In this document: in pieces, positions 46,317 to 57,499 of the stretch
Layout: every line of letters starts with the position of its first letter
How positions within the stretch are numbered: the stretch's first letter is position 1
The notes under the pieces: generated by a model
What the model was told of the DNA's origin: nothing
The model's input: only the letters and a program-made list of their open reading frames with translations
Databases searched by the model: none
Program-made: the position numbers and the translations under genes
DNA from: Nitrospirota bacterium
GTDB taxonomy: Bacteria > Nitrospirota > Nitrospiria > SBBL01 > JAADHI01
Assembly: GCA_029261195.1 (NCBI GenBank)
Contig: JAJDBU010000059.1
Span: forward strand, 147,299 to 211,298
Length of the DNA: 64,000 nt
Direction: 5' to 3'

Positions 46317-48254
46317 CTATCTTCCGCTGAAAAACCAGCCGAGCAGTCCGACGAGTACACCGAACACGGCCAGCCACATCCGCACCTGGGTGGATTTTCG
46401 CGTTCTTTCGGTATTCTGAGCCGCAATCAAATTGAGGTAGTTTGAACTGGTCCGCAGGAAGGCCGTGTAGTTCTTCATCATTTCCTGAGAAATCGATCTT
46501 AGATTATCCAAACCCGTGAGATATTTGCAGCGGAGGACCGCAGTGCGGGAGGTGTTGGCGAGAAGATGCGCTTCTAAAAGTTCCGTCAAATCGCCAAAGG
46601 GGGAAACCAACCTGGCGCGCGCCATGAACGAGGTGGCTTCCGCAATCCATTTTGAGAATTCTGCTTCGACCTCGTGTTTTTCCAGTTTTAATGTAAGTTG
46701 TTCCCGACGTAGCTCCTTGATGCTGTGATGCCCGCTTTCATCTTTTTTCATCCAGGAAAGAAACTGACTCCTCCAGGACAGGGTTGCGGATGGATAGCTC
46801 ACCATCTGTTTCACCTTGATGTTGAGCTGCTCAAAAACAAAAGCCCCCTCATTGTGAATGGCGCGGGTAAACAAACGCTGCGCCCTGGCGGCGGTATTAA
46901 TGATGTTGATGACGATATGCACGGCTTCGACTACGCCGAAGCGGAAGGCCATTTTATCGCGTTCATCATAATCCAGGACACACCAACCGCGCCTTGCGAT
47001 ATAAACAATGCTCCCGCTTGCGCCATAAATGTTTCTTTTGCTCAGATAGCGGTCGATATGATCAAACTTGTTTAGAAAAGCGGGGGTTGTTCGCCCCGCA
47101 GCCACAACGAGATATTTTTCCATCATTTCTTTTTTTCCATCAGACAAGTCGTCTTTGGCTGTTTCCGTCTTGAAAATAATGGTCCCAATGTAGGGTCTGG
47201 AGCAGGTCAACCTTTTGTCACGGCCATATTCCGGGAGGGTCTCCCATTGACCAGACTCAAAAGTGAGCCTTCTGAGTCCAAGTTTTTTCAAGGCATGCAC
47301 AATGACACGATCAATTTTATTTCTGAAAAATTCTGCATGGACAAGCAATTCCCCGATTTTTTGCCCGTGAGTGTCGCTTCGACGACGGATGAGTTCCGGA
47401 TGGCAAATTGCGCCCAGCAGTTGGTCAGCAGATATCTTATCCCGGTTTTGAAGTCGAATATTCAGCGAGACAAAGCCATATTTCCATATCGTCACTTCAA
47501 TGCTGGAGATACCTTCATAGGCCTCATATCTTTCCGAAAGGGCGAAAGGGCAGTCTGTGAAGTGTGTAGTGCCTTCATGAATCGGTATTGTGAATTCGTC
47601 GTTTGCGGCGCTTTTGCTCTCAAGACTGATCTGAAATTGGGTGAGAATGATTTCACTTAAAAACTGGTCGCTGAAATAGGCAGTGGCTTGAGCGCTTCTT
47701 AAATTACGAAAGTGAATTTGGTACTGCTCGTCGGTTTCATTTTTCTCGTTTAATAAACCGGGATAGGTCTGTGCTAAAAGGCTTCGATTGAGCGAAATAA
47801 GATCGACCCATTCCTGTTGTTGATCCATTGAAGTCGCACTTGAGGCCTTGCTGTAGTCTTTTTCCGAGCGAAAGCGGTTGCTGATCAAAAATTGATTCAG
47901 TTTGTTGCTCAAAATCGTTTTTAGAAAGTTCTCAGAATCTCCGGAGGCCTGACATTGATTCAGCTGCTGTCGCATGGAAGGGGAGAATTGCCGCTGGAGG
48001 TAATGGGAGAGAGGGTCGCTTCCAGTGCGGATTTGATCCCATAATTTAAAGGCTGAAAGGATGTCATCCCCGCAAAAGGGCGGAAGGGATTTTACGACAA
48101 GCGGATCCCTGATAAAGTCATCCTGCTCGAATGTCGAGGATTCAATCTTTGTGGATATGCGGCCGCCAAGGTAGTAATGATAGGTGAAATTGAGTTCCAG
48201 GCCTTTCGGCGGCATCTGAAGGAGATTTTCTTCAAAATCATTTTTTGCTGTCAT
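46317..48254 (-). CDS. Large hypothetical tail-anchored membrane protein (645 aa)
   Basis: The long ORF is trimmed to the ATG at 48254, 20 nt after the pdxH stop. It has a single C-terminal TM helix (MWLAVFGVLVGLLGWFF). No family recognised. Confidence 0.6.
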   Translation of the reverse strand: MTAKNDFEENLLQMPPKGLELNFTYHYYLGGRISTKIESSTFEQDDFIRDPLVVKSLPPFCGDDILSAFKLWDQIRTGSDPLSHYLQRQFSPSMRQQLNQCQASGDSENFLKTILSNKLNQFLISNRFRSEKDYSKASSATSMDQQQEWVDLISLNRSLLAQTYPGLLNEKNETDEQYQIHFRNLRSAQATAYFSDQFLSEIILTQFQISLESKSAANDEFTIPIHEGTTHFTDCPFALSERYEAYEGISSIEVTIWKYGFVSLNIRLQNRDKISADQLLGAICHPELIRRRSDTHGQKIGELLVHAEFFRNKIDRVIVHALKKLGLRRLTFESGQWETLPEYGRDKRLTCSRPYIGTIIFKTETAKDDLSDGKKEMMEKYLVVAAGRTTPAFLNKFDHIDRYLSKRNIYGASGSIVYIARRGWCVLDYDERDKMAFRFGVVEAVHIVINIINTAARAQRLFTRAIHNEGAFVFEQLNIKVKQMVSYPSATLSWRSQFLSWMKKDESGHHSIKELRREQLTLKLEKHEVEAEFSKWIAEATSFMARARLVSPFGDLTELLEAHLLANTSRTAVLRCKYLTGLDNLRSISQEMMKNYTAFLRTSSNYLNLIAAQNTERTRKSTQVRMWLAVFGVLVGLLGWFFSGR

Positions 48255-48273
48255 CGGTCTGTCGTCATTTTCA

Positions 48274-48912
48274 TTATGGGGCCAGTCGTTCGATGTGCCA
48301 TAGATCATCAGGCTGTGGCGTATAAACGAAACGATCATGGAGGCGGTCGGGGCGTCCTTGCCAGAATTCAAAAAGTCCGGGAACAATCCGATAGCCTCCC
48401 CAGAAATCGGGAATCGGTATCGAGCCTTCAGAAAAGCGTTTCGTGAAGGTTCTGAACTGGTTCTCCAGAATCTTTCTTGAGGAAATGACGCTGCTCTGGT
48501 GAGAGATCCAGGCCCCGAGTTGGCTGCCTCTCGGACGGGAGATGAAGTATTTGAGCGATTCCGCTGTGGGTATTTTCGATGCCGTCCCGAGTATTTTGAC
48601 CTGACGGTCAAGACTTAACCACGGAAACAGGAGGGCGACCTGTTTATTTTCTTCGATCTGCAGGGCTTTTTCACTCGCATAATTCGTAAAAAAGACAAAA
48701 CCACGCTCATCGAAAATCTTGAGCAAAACCGTCCTGAGGGTCGGCATCCCGGATTTTGATGCCGTCGCCAAACTCATTGCATTCGGATAATCGATCTTTG
48801 AATCACAGGCCTCCGTAAACCAGGTTGCAAACTGTCTGACAGGGTTTTGATCAAGATCAGTTTTCTGAAGGCCTTCCCGTTGATGTTCTTTTCTTATGCC
48901 ACTGATATCCAC
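48274..48912 (-). CDS. pdxH: Pyridoxamine 5'-phosphate oxidase
   Basis: RTVLLK, FVFFTNYASEK, and FEFWQGRPDRLHDR, with the C-terminal ERLAP. Confidence 0.9.
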   Translation of the reverse strand: MDISGIRKEHQREGLQKTDLDQNPVRQFATWFTEACDSKIDYPNAMSLATASKSGMPTLRTVLLKIFDERGFVFFTNYASEKALQIEENKQVALLFPWLSLDRQVKILGTASKIPTAESLKYFISRPRGSQLGAWISHQSSVISSRKILENQFRTFTKRFSEGSIPIPDFWGGYRIVPGLFEFWQGRPDRLHDRFVYTPQPDDLWHIERLAP

Positions 48913-48915
48913 TGA

Positions 48916-50580
48916 TTAATCCCGCAAAGCGGCATGAACAATGTCCTGTGCTTCCTCTTGAATTTTTTTGAGATGTGCAAGACTTTGGAAACTTTCTGCA
49001 TAGATCTTGTACACATCTTCCGTCCCTGAGGGACGGGCTGCAAACCAGCCGTTTTCCGTGACAACCTTTAAACCGCCCAGAGCGGCCTGATTTCCAGGGG
49101 CATGCGTTAACTTCATTTGTATCATTTCACCTGCCAGGGTTTTTGCTTGAATCGCATCTACAGAGAGCCGTTTTAATTTCTCTTTCTCCTCCCGCGTTGC
49201 GGGGGCATCGATTCTTTCAAAAAAAGGTCGTCCGAACTGTTCTTCTAATGCCTGATACTGTTCGCCCGGATCACGTCCTGTTCTTGCGGTCATTTCGGCA
49301 GACAGGAGATTCAGGATAATCCCGTCCTTGTCCGTTGTCCAAACCTGTCCATTTTTCCGAAGGAAAGAAGCCCCGGCGCTTTCTTCTCCTCCAAAGCCCA
49401 GTGCACCGGTCAAAAGCCCTTCGACGAACCACTTAAATCCGACGGGAACTTCAACAAGGGTCTTCCCTAAATCGGCAACGACCCGATCAATCATCGCACT
49501 CGATACCAGGGTTTTACCGACCGCAATGTCCGCTTTCCAATTGGGCCGATGTCGATAAAGATAGGAGATGGCCACCGCGAGGTAATGATTCGGATTCATT
49601 AAGCCTGCGCTTTTGGTCACAATCCCGTGGCGGTCACTGTCGGGATCATTGCCAAAAGCGATATCGAATTGATCTTTGAGTTTAAGAAGGTTTGCCATTG
49701 CATAGGGCGAGGAGCAATCCATGCGAATTTTCCCGTCTTTGTCCAGAGGCATGAACGAAAAAGTCGGATCAACAGTGGAATTGACGATTTCCAGATTGAG
49801 TGAATAGGCCTCGGCGATGGGCGCCCAAAAGTCGACAGCGGATCCGCCCATCGGATCGACCCCGATTTTGAGATCGCTTCCGGCAATGAGTTCCATATCG
49901 ACGACATTTTTTAAATCCAGTATATAGGGACGGACGAAATCGTAATATTGTGTCGTTTCCGACTTCAGCGCTTTGTCAAAAGAGATTCTTTTAACATCTT
50001 TCAGACCGCTTTGAATGATCTCATTCGCACGGTTTTGAATCCACGTCGTCACCTTTCCATCAGCGGGGCCCCCATGCGGCGGATTATATTTAAACCCGCC
50101 ATCTTCCGGAGGGTTGTGAGAGGGCGTAATGACGACGCCGTCTGCAAACCCGGCTGTTTTTCCCTGCCCGCCTATTTTATCATGGTTGTAAGTGAGTATG
50201 GCGTGCGATATCACAGGAGTCGGGGTGTAGCCCAAACCGGATTGAATCCGAAGCGTAATGCCGTTTGCGGCAAACACTTCGACTGCGCTTACCAGGGCGG
50301 GCTCTGATAAGGCGTGGGTGTCCATCCCGACAAATAAAGGGCCTTTAATCCCTTCCATCAAGCGGTACTCACAAATCGCCTGAGAGATGGCCAGAATATG
50401 GGCTTCGTTGAAACTCTGCTTTAAAGAAGACCCGCGATGGCCTGAGGTCCCGAAGGCGACCTGATGATTCGGATTATCGGGGTCGGGCTCATTCGCATAA
50501 AAGGAAGTCACGAGTCGGGGGACATTAAGCAATTTTTCGCGGGGGCAGGGTTGACCTGCGAGTTCATGTAAAGGCATCAT
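48916..50580 (-). CDS. pgm: Phosphoglucomutase (alpha-D-glucose-phosphate specific)
   Basis: Active-site loop [15 protein letters not shown], metal loop [10 protein letters not shown], and GGEESAG. Confidence 0.9.
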   Translation of the reverse strand: MMPLHELAGQPCPREKLLNVPRLVTSFYANEPDPDNPNHQVAFGTSGHRGSSLKQSFNEAHILAISQAICEYRLMEGIKGPLFVGMDTHALSEPALVSAVEVFAANGITLRIQSGLGYTPTPVISHAILTYNHDKIGGQGKTAGFADGVVITPSHNPPEDGGFKYNPPHGGPADGKVTTWIQNRANEIIQSGLKDVKRISFDKALKSETTQYYDFVRPYILDLKNVVDMELIAGSDLKIGVDPMGGSAVDFWAPIAEAYSLNLEIVNSTVDPTFSFMPLDKDGKIRMDCSSPYAMANLLKLKDQFDIAFGNDPDSDRHGIVTKSAGLMNPNHYLAVAISYLYRHRPNWKADIAVGKTLVSSAMIDRVVADLGKTLVEVPVGFKWFVEGLLTGALGFGGEESAGASFLRKNGQVWTTDKDGIILNLLSAEMTARTGRDPGEQYQALEEQFGRPFFERIDAPATREEKEKLKRLSVDAIQAKTLAGEMIQMKLTHAPGNQAALGGLKVVTENGWFAARPSGTEDVYKIYAESFQSLAHLKKIQEEAQDIVHAALRD

Positions 50581-50938
50581 CTTTCCTCTGAGTGATCATT
50601 TAATCAGTTTTCTACTTGAGCTTATTCTATTCCCATAATGTACACCTTTAGGGAATTGACCTCAAAATTAATTTCAGTCAAAATGTCGGGAGTGATGCCT
50701 TGGTGGGACTATCGCTCTCGCTTCGAGTGGCCGACGATTCCAGGCAGTGGCCCCAACAAGGTGAGAGAATAAGTCTTTAATAATCAATTTGTTTTATGCA
50801 AATGACGGCCTTGTTTTTTCAGGAAAAAGGACTATATTTATGGTGTAGAGCGAAAAAAGGAAGACCGCTCTTTTGAGGCGAGTTGTTCTGATTTTCTTTT
50901 TAAATTTCAGTCATCTAAACAGAGTAGAGGGTACAATA

Positions 50939-51358
50939 ATGAAAGCGTCAAGAATGTCAATCGTTGCTTTGTTCACGGCAGTCCTATTCACGGGTTTAAG
51001 TGTATTTCCATCTTTTTTAACGGCAGGGACTTCTCCGATTGAAGTCCTGATTAGAGTCACCGACCAGGGCTTTTTCGATGCAGAGGGCCGCTCCCTCAAT
51101 AACCTCATTAAGGTGCCAAAGGAGCGGAACATCAAGCTCATCTTTGAGGGCGCGGGAAAACCTACGGAAAGACACGCCTTTGTCCTATTATTTGACTCTG
51201 ATAAAGAGATAGAAAGCGGGCGGATTGACGATCAAAACAGACGGACGCAGATTGAGTTTACCTCGGGCGAGGCGGATGAAACCTATGACGTTTTCTGTGT
51301 CCTCGTCGATTGCGATGGCATGGAACATTTGACAGATCTCGTCATCATGGCAATTTAA
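50939..51358 (+). CDS. Secreted cupredoxin-like protein (paralog 2)
   Basis: The ATG at 50939 (MKASRMSIVALF). Carries the same HAFVLLFDSD and FCVLVDCDGMEH motifs as 35887..36312. Confidence 0.6.
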   Translation: MKASRMSIVALFTAVLFTGLSVFPSFLTAGTSPIEVLIRVTDQGFFDAEGRSLNNLIKVPKERNIKLIFEGAGKPTERHAFVLLFDSDKEIESGRIDDQNRRTQIEFTSGEADETYDVFCVLVDCDGMEHLTDLVIMAI

Positions 51359-51903
51359 TGAAGGCCATGGAGACGCAAGCGATGTCGCAAAAAATGATTT
51401 TACAGGTGATGGTGATTGTTGCAGTAAGCCTCATATTGAGTCAGGGCAAGGCCTTTTCTGCAGAAGGGAATGAAAAACCTTTAAAGCCGGTTCCTGCGGC
51501 CTACGCCGATAAGCTTATGCCGGAAGGCTGGTGGACGGATGCGAAGATCATTGAAGAGGGAAAGAAGATCTTTGAGACGACAGTCTTGGAATACGAGTTT
51601 AAGCGAAAAAAACGCATTGCCAAAGAAGGCTGTTCAAGCTGTCATGGCATTGACATCAAAAAAGATCGCCCCAAAAAGAGAGGGTCGCCTGATTTCAGAA
51701 TTGCCGAAAGAGTCAACCGTTTTTCAGAGGCTTACTGGTTCTGGCGGGTTGCGGAAGGGGTTGCCAAAACGCGTATGCCCCCTTGGAAAAAGAAACTTTC
51801 CGAGGCGGAAATCTGGAAAGTCATTGCCTATCAGCACACTTGGTCTCACGGAAACACCTCTGCCATACACGACCACAAGGAAATAGAACACCCTGTTCGG
51901 TAG
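51358..51903 (+). CDS. Monoheme c-type cytochrome
   Basis: Its start overlaps the preceding stop (TAATG). Signal peptide, CSSCH heme site, and a distal Met in TRMPPW. Confidence 0.7.
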   Translation: MKAMETQAMSQKMILQVMVIVAVSLILSQGKAFSAEGNEKPLKPVPAAYADKLMPEGWWTDAKIIEEGKKIFETTVLEYEFKRKKRIAKEGCSSCHGIDIKKDRPKKRGSPDFRIAERVNRFSEAYWFWRVAEGVAKTRMPPWKKKLSEAEIWKVIAYQHTWSHGNTSAIHDHKEIEHPVR

Positions 51904-51932
51904 AGGCACAAAATTTTGTGCCTCTACGTTTT
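51900..51932 (+). terminator. Rho-independent terminator between convergent cytochrome c and typA genes
   Basis: Perfect 28-nt palindrome GTAGAGGCACAAAATTTTGTGCCTCTAC (51900-51927), followed by GTTTT. Confidence 0.55.
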
Positions 51933-51953
51933 GTCCCTACCCTGTAAACCCTT

Positions 51954-53798
51954 TTAGCTCGTACTTTTTTTCGCCGCCCGTTTCCGGTCATTTTCATTCA
52001 GATGTTTTTTCCGAAGTCGGATGGATTTCGGCGTGACTTCAAGTAGCTCATCCTCCGCCACAAAAGAAATCGCTTCTTCCAGACTCATCTTTTTAGGCGG
52101 GGTCAGGGTCAATGCCTCGTCAGCACCGGAGGAACGCATATTGGACAACTGTTTCTTTTTGCAGGCATTGACGACCAGGTCATTGCCTCTGGAATGCGCT
52201 CCGATCACCATGCCTTCGTACAATTTTTCACCCGAACCAATGAATAACTGGCCTCTCTCCTGAATGTTATGCAGCGAAAAAGTCACCGATTCCCCTTTTT
52301 CCAATGAGATCAGCGCACCCTTTGTTCGGGAGGGGATCTCACCTTTAAAGGGCAGGTAGCCTGAAAAGACATAGTTCATCAGGCCGGTGCCACGGGTTGC
52401 GGTCAAAAAGTCGGAGCGATAGCCGATGAGACCACGGGAAGGCACATCAAAGGTCAGACGGGTATTGCCACTGTGGGAAGTCCCCATATTTTTAAGCTCC
52501 CCTTTACGCCGCCCCAGGGCCTCCATGACCGGGCCAATATAAGTGTCCCCGACATCAATGGTCAGGTGTTCAATTGGCTCTTGTTTTTTTCCGTCAATGG
52601 TTTTAAAAATAACATTCGGGCGGGAGACGGCAAACTCATAACCTTCGCGACGCATGGTTTCAATCAGGATCGAAAGATGTAATTCTCCACGACCGGAAAC
52701 CTTGAACACTTCAGTCGAATCCGTTTCTTCCACGCGCAAAGCCACGTTGGATCGAAGCTCTTTCATTAGGCGATCTCTGACTTGACGACTGGTGACATAC
52801 TCCCCTTCCAAACCGGCAAAGGGGGAAGTGTTGACCATGAAATTCATTGAAATCGTCGGCTCCCCAATCTCAATTGAGGGCAGGGCCTGAGGATCTTCGG
52901 CACTCGCAAGGGTTTCCCCGATTTGTGGCGCTTCAAATCCGGCAATGCCCACGATCTCACCCACCTTGGCCTCTTTCAGATCAATTTTTTTAAGCCCTTC
53001 ATAACCGAGGAGACGGGTAATCTTTGATTTGATCACACCACCGTCTTTCTGAACCAAAGCAACTATTTCTCCCTGACGTACCTTGCCGTGGTTGATCCGC
53101 CCTAAAGAAACCCTCCCGATGAAGTTGTCATATTCGAGTGAAGAAACGAGCATCTGAAAAGGAGCGTCTTCATCACCGACGGGAGCCCCAACCCTGTCGA
53201 GAATCATCTCAAAGAGAGGTTCCAGATTGGAATCGGCATCTTCAAGATTGAGTTTACAGGTGCCTTGCTTGGCCGAGGCAAATATCACGGGAAAGTCGAG
53301 CTGTTTGCCTTCCTCATCCAGTTCAAGGAAAAGGTCGGTGATCTGATCGGCCACTTCAAGCGGAGTGGCTCCCGGTCGGTCAATTTTGTTGATCACGACG
53401 ATTGTTTTAAGTTGAAGGTCGAGGGCCTTTTTTAAAACGAATTTTGTCTGAGGCATTGCTCCTTCGAAGGCGTCAACCAGGAGCAAGACCCCATCGACCA
53501 TCTTAAGCGTCCGTTCAACCTCGCCGGAGAAATCGGCATGTCCGGGAGTATCGACGATATTGATTTTGTATTCCTTGTAATGAATCGAGGTGTTTTTTGC
53601 CAGAATGGTAATGCCCCGTTCCCGCTCCAGCTCGTTGGAATCCATGACGCGTTCCACAATCCCTTCACGGGCGTGAAAGGCCCCACCCTGCTGGAGCATT
53701 TTGTCCACCAGTGTGGTCTTGCCATGATCCACATGGGCGATAATGGCAATATTGCGGATATCTTCTCTTGCTTTTATGTTTGCTTCTTGTTCAATCAC
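51954..53798 (-). CDS. typA: Translational GTPase TypA/BipA
   Basis: [18 protein letters not shown] and NKID, with EF-G-like domains. Confidence 0.9.
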   Translation of the reverse strand: MIEQEANIKAREDIRNIAIIAHVDHGKTTLVDKMLQQGGAFHAREGIVERVMDSNELERERGITILAKNTSIHYKEYKINIVDTPGHADFSGEVERTLKMVDGVLLLVDAFEGAMPQTKFVLKKALDLQLKTIVVINKIDRPGATPLEVADQITDLFLELDEEGKQLDFPVIFASAKQGTCKLNLEDADSNLEPLFEMILDRVGAPVGDEDAPFQMLVSSLEYDNFIGRVSLGRINHGKVRQGEIVALVQKDGGVIKSKITRLLGYEGLKKIDLKEAKVGEIVGIAGFEAPQIGETLASAEDPQALPSIEIGEPTISMNFMVNTSPFAGLEGEYVTSRQVRDRLMKELRSNVALRVEETDSTEVFKVSGRGELHLSILIETMRREGYEFAVSRPNVIFKTIDGKKQEPIEHLTIDVGDTYIGPVMEALGRRKGELKNMGTSHSGNTRLTFDVPSRGLIGYRSDFLTATRGTGLMNYVFSGYLPFKGEIPSRTKGALISLEKGESVTFSLHNIQERGQLFIGSGEKLYEGMVIGAHSRGNDLVVNACKKKQLSNMRSSGADEALTLTPPKKMSLEEAISFVAEDELLEVTPKSIRLRKKHLNENDRKRAAKKSTS

Positions 53799-54033
53799 TT
53801 ACATACCTCGAACATCATCACAGCAACGCACAGGTCACCAAGGGTTAAAATTCCTTCCTCAAAAATCCAATCGGGTTGGGGGGTTTTGGAGAAGACGGGT
53901 TAAACAGAATAAAATCGGAGCAGTGTAACAAGTGTTCTCCCCCTAATCAAATGATCTCTATGCCGTATTTTTTTGCGTGAAAAAAGTTTGACAATTTTGC
54001 TGCTACATCAAATGATAGCAGAATGTGTGAACT

Positions 54034-54972
54034 TTGGAATTCATCCGAGTGACGGATACAAACAATTCCACCCTCTTGCTACTGACCCTCCTTCGCTGGT
54101 TTGATATTGTCGGGGTCGTGCTCTTTGTCGGAGCCGTGTCGTTTCGGGAAATAACTTACTTGCCCGCTATCCCTGCGGTAAAGGATAAGACCACACGAAA
54201 GCGAATGTCGGCCGGGGAGGCGGGTTATCCCGACCAGCGTATCCTCTACTACTTAGGCGGACTACAGCTCGCCAGCCTGGCTTCCCGGGTGTTTCTGATG
54301 GAAGGCGATATCGGGCTTGCCTGGGACGAAGCCGACTTTGGAGCGATTTGGGTGGCTAAATTATTTGTGATTGCTCTTCTCTTGCTCCTCGTCCGTTCCA
54401 GAGTCCTTTGGAAAGGCCCTCTTCTCTTTGCGCTGTCCACCCTGCTTTGTCTTGCGGGGAGCCTCAGCGGTCATGCCTTTGCTTCAGGGGCGATCTATCT
54501 CGTCTTAGGTGATTGGCTGCATTTTACCGCCGTATCGGTCTGGGCCGGGGGCTTGCTCCCCCTTCGTGACGCCGCCCGTCGGAGTCGGGAATACTTGGAA
54601 ACGACCGAGCGAGCGGCCTTTCTCGCACGCTTGATCGAGGTCTTCTCGATCTGGGCAATTCTTTGTGTCGTCACGATAGTGATGACCGGCAGCTTTAAGG
54701 CCATGATCTACCTTGAGCCTGCGGACAATATTTTTGAGATTCCTTATGGAAGGATCCTTTTTACCAAGTTGTCTATCGTTTCAATTGCCATAGGCCTTGG
54801 CGGGGTGAGTCGATTCTATCTCTTCCCTCGTCTGCAAAAAATCGAAGCCTCCACATCAACGGCGCTTGAGCGACTTGAAAAACAACTCTACGGGGTGTTG
54901 ACCGTGGAGTTTTTTTTTGTCGCCCTCGTCCTGATTTTTGCCGCCCTTTTGACACAGACTCCTCCCCCCTGA
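54034..54972 (+). CDS. CopD-family membrane protein
   Basis: TTG start. Eight hydrophobic helices and an N-terminal LLRWFDIVGVVLFVG-type segment, as in CopD/YcnJ C-terminal domains. Confidence 0.5.
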   Translation: MEFIRVTDTNNSTLLLLTLLRWFDIVGVVLFVGAVSFREITYLPAIPAVKDKTTRKRMSAGEAGYPDQRILYYLGGLQLASLASRVFLMEGDIGLAWDEADFGAIWVAKLFVIALLLLLVRSRVLWKGPLLFALSTLLCLAGSLSGHAFASGAIYLVLGDWLHFTAVSVWAGGLLPLRDAARRSREYLETTERAAFLARLIEVFSIWAILCVVTIVMTGSFKAMIYLEPADNIFEIPYGRILFTKLSIVSIAIGLGGVSRFYLFPRLQKIEASTSTALERLEKQLYGVLTVEFFFVALVLIFAALLTQTPPP

Positions 54973-55042
54973 AAGAAATTGTCTTCCCTGTCATGAGCAA
55001 GGTATACTGCCTGTTCCTCTTGTTTGCCTTTGAAGGATCTTC

Positions 55043-55717
55043 GTGCTACCACTCAAAGATGACCTGCCGACGCGTACTTTTCCCCTTGTGACGCTTGGCT
55101 TAATCGCCGCAAATATCTATGTTTTTTTCCAGGAACTTTCGCTTGGACCGCGAATGGAAGCTATGTTTTTTACTTTCGGGGCGATCCCTTTCGAGTTGAT
55201 GCACGGGGTTGAACTCGGCAAGGATTCGGTCCCTATTCTCGCCACCCTTTTTACCTCAATGTTTATCCACGGCGGTTTTTTTCATGTGGGCGGGAACATG
55301 CTCTATCTCTGGATCTTCGGCAATAATATTGAAGATGCAATGGGGCATGGCCGCTTCATCTTTTTTTACCTCATCTGCGGGGTCATCGCGGCCTACTCCC
55401 ATGCCATATTCGATGCAAATTCAAAGGTCCCGATGATCGGGGCAAGTGGTGCGGTTTCGGGTGTACTCGGAGCCTACATCCTACTTTTTCCACAGGCGAG
55501 AGTCTTGACGGTCATCCCGCTCGGCATCTTTTTCCCCATTGTCAAGATTCGCGCTTTTTATGTACTCGGCTTCTGGTTCGTAGCACAGTCTTTAAATGCC
55601 TTTTTAGGGGCAAAAGGAGGGATTGCCTGGTTCGCCCACGTCGGTGGTTTTGTTGCGGGGATGCTCTTGATCTTTTTTTTCAGAAAGCGGCAGCCACGCT
55701 GGAAGCGGTATTTGTAA
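55043..55717 (+). CDS. Rhomboid-family intramembrane serine protease
   Basis: HGGFFHVGGNMLYLW, catalytic GASGAVSG, and AHVGGFVAG. Confidence 0.85.
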   Translation: MLPLKDDLPTRTFPLVTLGLIAANIYVFFQELSLGPRMEAMFFTFGAIPFELMHGVELGKDSVPILATLFTSMFIHGGFFHVGGNMLYLWIFGNNIEDAMGHGRFIFFYLICGVIAAYSHAIFDANSKVPMIGASGAVSGVLGAYILLFPQARVLTVIPLGIFFPIVKIRAFYVLGFWFVAQSLNAFLGAKGGIAWFAHVGGFVAGMLLIFFFRKRQPRWKRYL

Positions 55718-55784
55718 TTAAAGAGGGCTTGAAGTGAGATATTTCATTATTCCATTTCCTGTTCCCTGCAAACCAAAAAAAACA

Positions 55785-56198
55785 CTAAGGGGCCTCTTCT
55801 GTCCCTTGATGGGCTGCAAACTGCCCTAAGCCCCCAAAGAAAGACCAATTGAGCCAAATAAACTCCGGCTGAAGCGTGGGTCGGTAACGGGCTGGAAAAG
55901 GGAGAGGAAATGTCACTGTTTCATATAGTCCTGAACCCGTGCGAGCCATGGCCATCCCTACCCCAAAAATCGGACCATACAGAACCCCTGTCACCAGGCC
56001 TTTTTCTACGCCGATCACATAGATACCCTGGAAAATTTCGATCCAGCCCGTTGAAATATTGACAACGCCGCGAAGCAGTTTGCTGCCTGCATTATTGTCG
56101 ATGTGATTGGCAAATGATGGGGGTGGGAAGGATAGGATAAGAAACAAGGTCAGGCTCAAGAAAAAAAATTCCGTAATTGAGTTTGCCTTGCGTAACAT
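55785..56198 (-). CDS. Exosortase-system-associated small protein (TIGR04073-like)
   Basis: Signal peptide, then KLLRGVVNISTGWIEI and GSGLYETVTFPLP, the typical pattern of this family. Confidence 0.5.
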   Translation of the reverse strand: MLRKANSITEFFFLSLTLFLILSFPPPSFANHIDNNAGSKLLRGVVNISTGWIEIFQGIYVIGVEKGLVTGVLYGPIFGVGMAMARTGSGLYETVTFPLPFPARYRPTLQPEFIWLNWSFFGGLGQFAAHQGTEEAP

Positions 56199-56245
56199 AA
56201 GCGCCTCCTCCTTTCACGAATTTTGGTTTTCCCAAACGACTCTTT

Positions 56246-56512
56246 TTACATATTCTGACAAACTTCTCTTAGCTGCCCGATAAGTTTTTCCAGATCCGGC
56301 ACGCCTATTTCACAAATCTTTCCTTCTAAAACAAAAGTCGGGGAGATGAAAATACCAAGCGACTGGGCTCTCGCACGATCTGTTTGATCCGATTTCCGGA
56401 TAATCAGCATAACGCCTGATACCGCCTCCACCGCCTTTTTCGCCACCTTAATTGCAGCATCACAAGACGGACATCGTTGGGAAATAAAGACCTCAAGAGT
56501 CATCATGTTCAT
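56246..56512 (-). CDS. Small thioredoxin-fold protein
   Basis: 88 aa with a CPSC (CxxC) motif near the N-terminus of a beta-alpha-beta fold. Confidence 0.6.
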   Translation of the reverse strand: MNMMTLEVFISQRCPSCDAAIKVAKKAVEAVSGVMLIIRKSDQTDRARAQSLGIFISPTFVLEGKICEIGVPDLEKLIGQLREVCQNM

Positions 56513-56819
56513 AAAATACCATTTTTATTAGAGAGCGAAATGTAGTCTGGAATACCAGAAGGAGAACATTCCTATCCACCTCGAAATACAAAGACTTTAA
56601 TTTAAGGGCAACTTTTTAATCCCAATTGTATGCTTCGTTACATTACGCCCCCCTTAAGCCCCCTATCCTAAAGAGGATCGGATCAACCCGATTGCCTTAT
56701 CTGGAGAAGGAATGAAGTCCAGCGTCAGAAGAATGATTTTTATTAAAAAGAGTCAGGCATCCTTTTCGGAAAAAAATGTCTGACAAAGGTTTCGTGATCA
56801 ATCAAAGGAGGAAAGAACA

Positions 56820-57422
56820 ATGAAGAAAACATTACTTTTCATGATGCTCGGTGGGGTTTCCCTCTTGGGCATCAGTGCATGTTCATCCATGGGTGGACAG
56901 CCCGCGATGGCAGAATCGGGTGGCTCGGAAATGAGCATGGATATGGGGGCAGACTCCTATCTCATGCCGCCCGCCAAGGTGAAAATGATGATGAAGATGA
57001 TGATGTCAATGAAACCGGACACCTTGTCGGCAGGCATCAAACGGGGAGAAAAACTATTTTACAATGAAAAACTTGGAGGGAATACCAGTCGAAAAAGCTG
57101 TGGCACCTGTCATGAGGGTGGGGGAACGGTCGGTGGCGCGGCTCAAATGAAGTGGAAAGGGATGACCATGAAGGTGAATATTCCGACGCTTAAGGGTGCT
57201 GCTGCCCATTTTCCAAAACCCATGGGTCCCATGAAGGCCTTAGTCGATCTGGAGAGCATGAATAATATGTGCATCATGACTTTCCTTAAAGGACGACCCA
57301 TCAACAAAAACACGCAACAATCCATTGATCTGGCGGCATACGTCACCTCCTTTAGCAAAGGAAAACGTCTAGAGCCAGGCAAAGAAAAGACCGTACCCCG
57401 CCCTGTTCCGGGTGCGATGTAA
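56820..57422 (+). CDS. c-type cytochrome lipoprotein with Met-rich segment
   Basis: Lipobox LLGISAC, Met-rich KVKMMMKMMMSMK, and heme site CGTCH. Confidence 0.65.
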   Translation: MKKTLLFMMLGGVSLLGISACSSMGGQPAMAESGGSEMSMDMGADSYLMPPAKVKMMMKMMMSMKPDTLSAGIKRGEKLFYNEKLGGNTSRKSCGTCHEGGGTVGGAAQMKWKGMTMKVNIPTLKGAAAHFPKPMGPMKALVDLESMNNMCIMTFLKGRPINKNTQQSIDLAAYVTSFSKGKRLEPGKEKTVPRPVPGAM

Positions 57423-57499
57423 ACGAGAATAATCTTCTGAAATACGGGGAGGGATATATTTTGCGATCCCTCCCCTACAAGTGAAAAAGGAGGTTCAGT

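Noticed and set aside
48255-48611. N-terminal 119 codons of the 764-aa ORF 46317..48611
   Set aside because: They overlap pdxH in another frame and are Arg/Ser-rich. The ATG at 48254, just after the pdxH stop, gives a sensible gene boundary.
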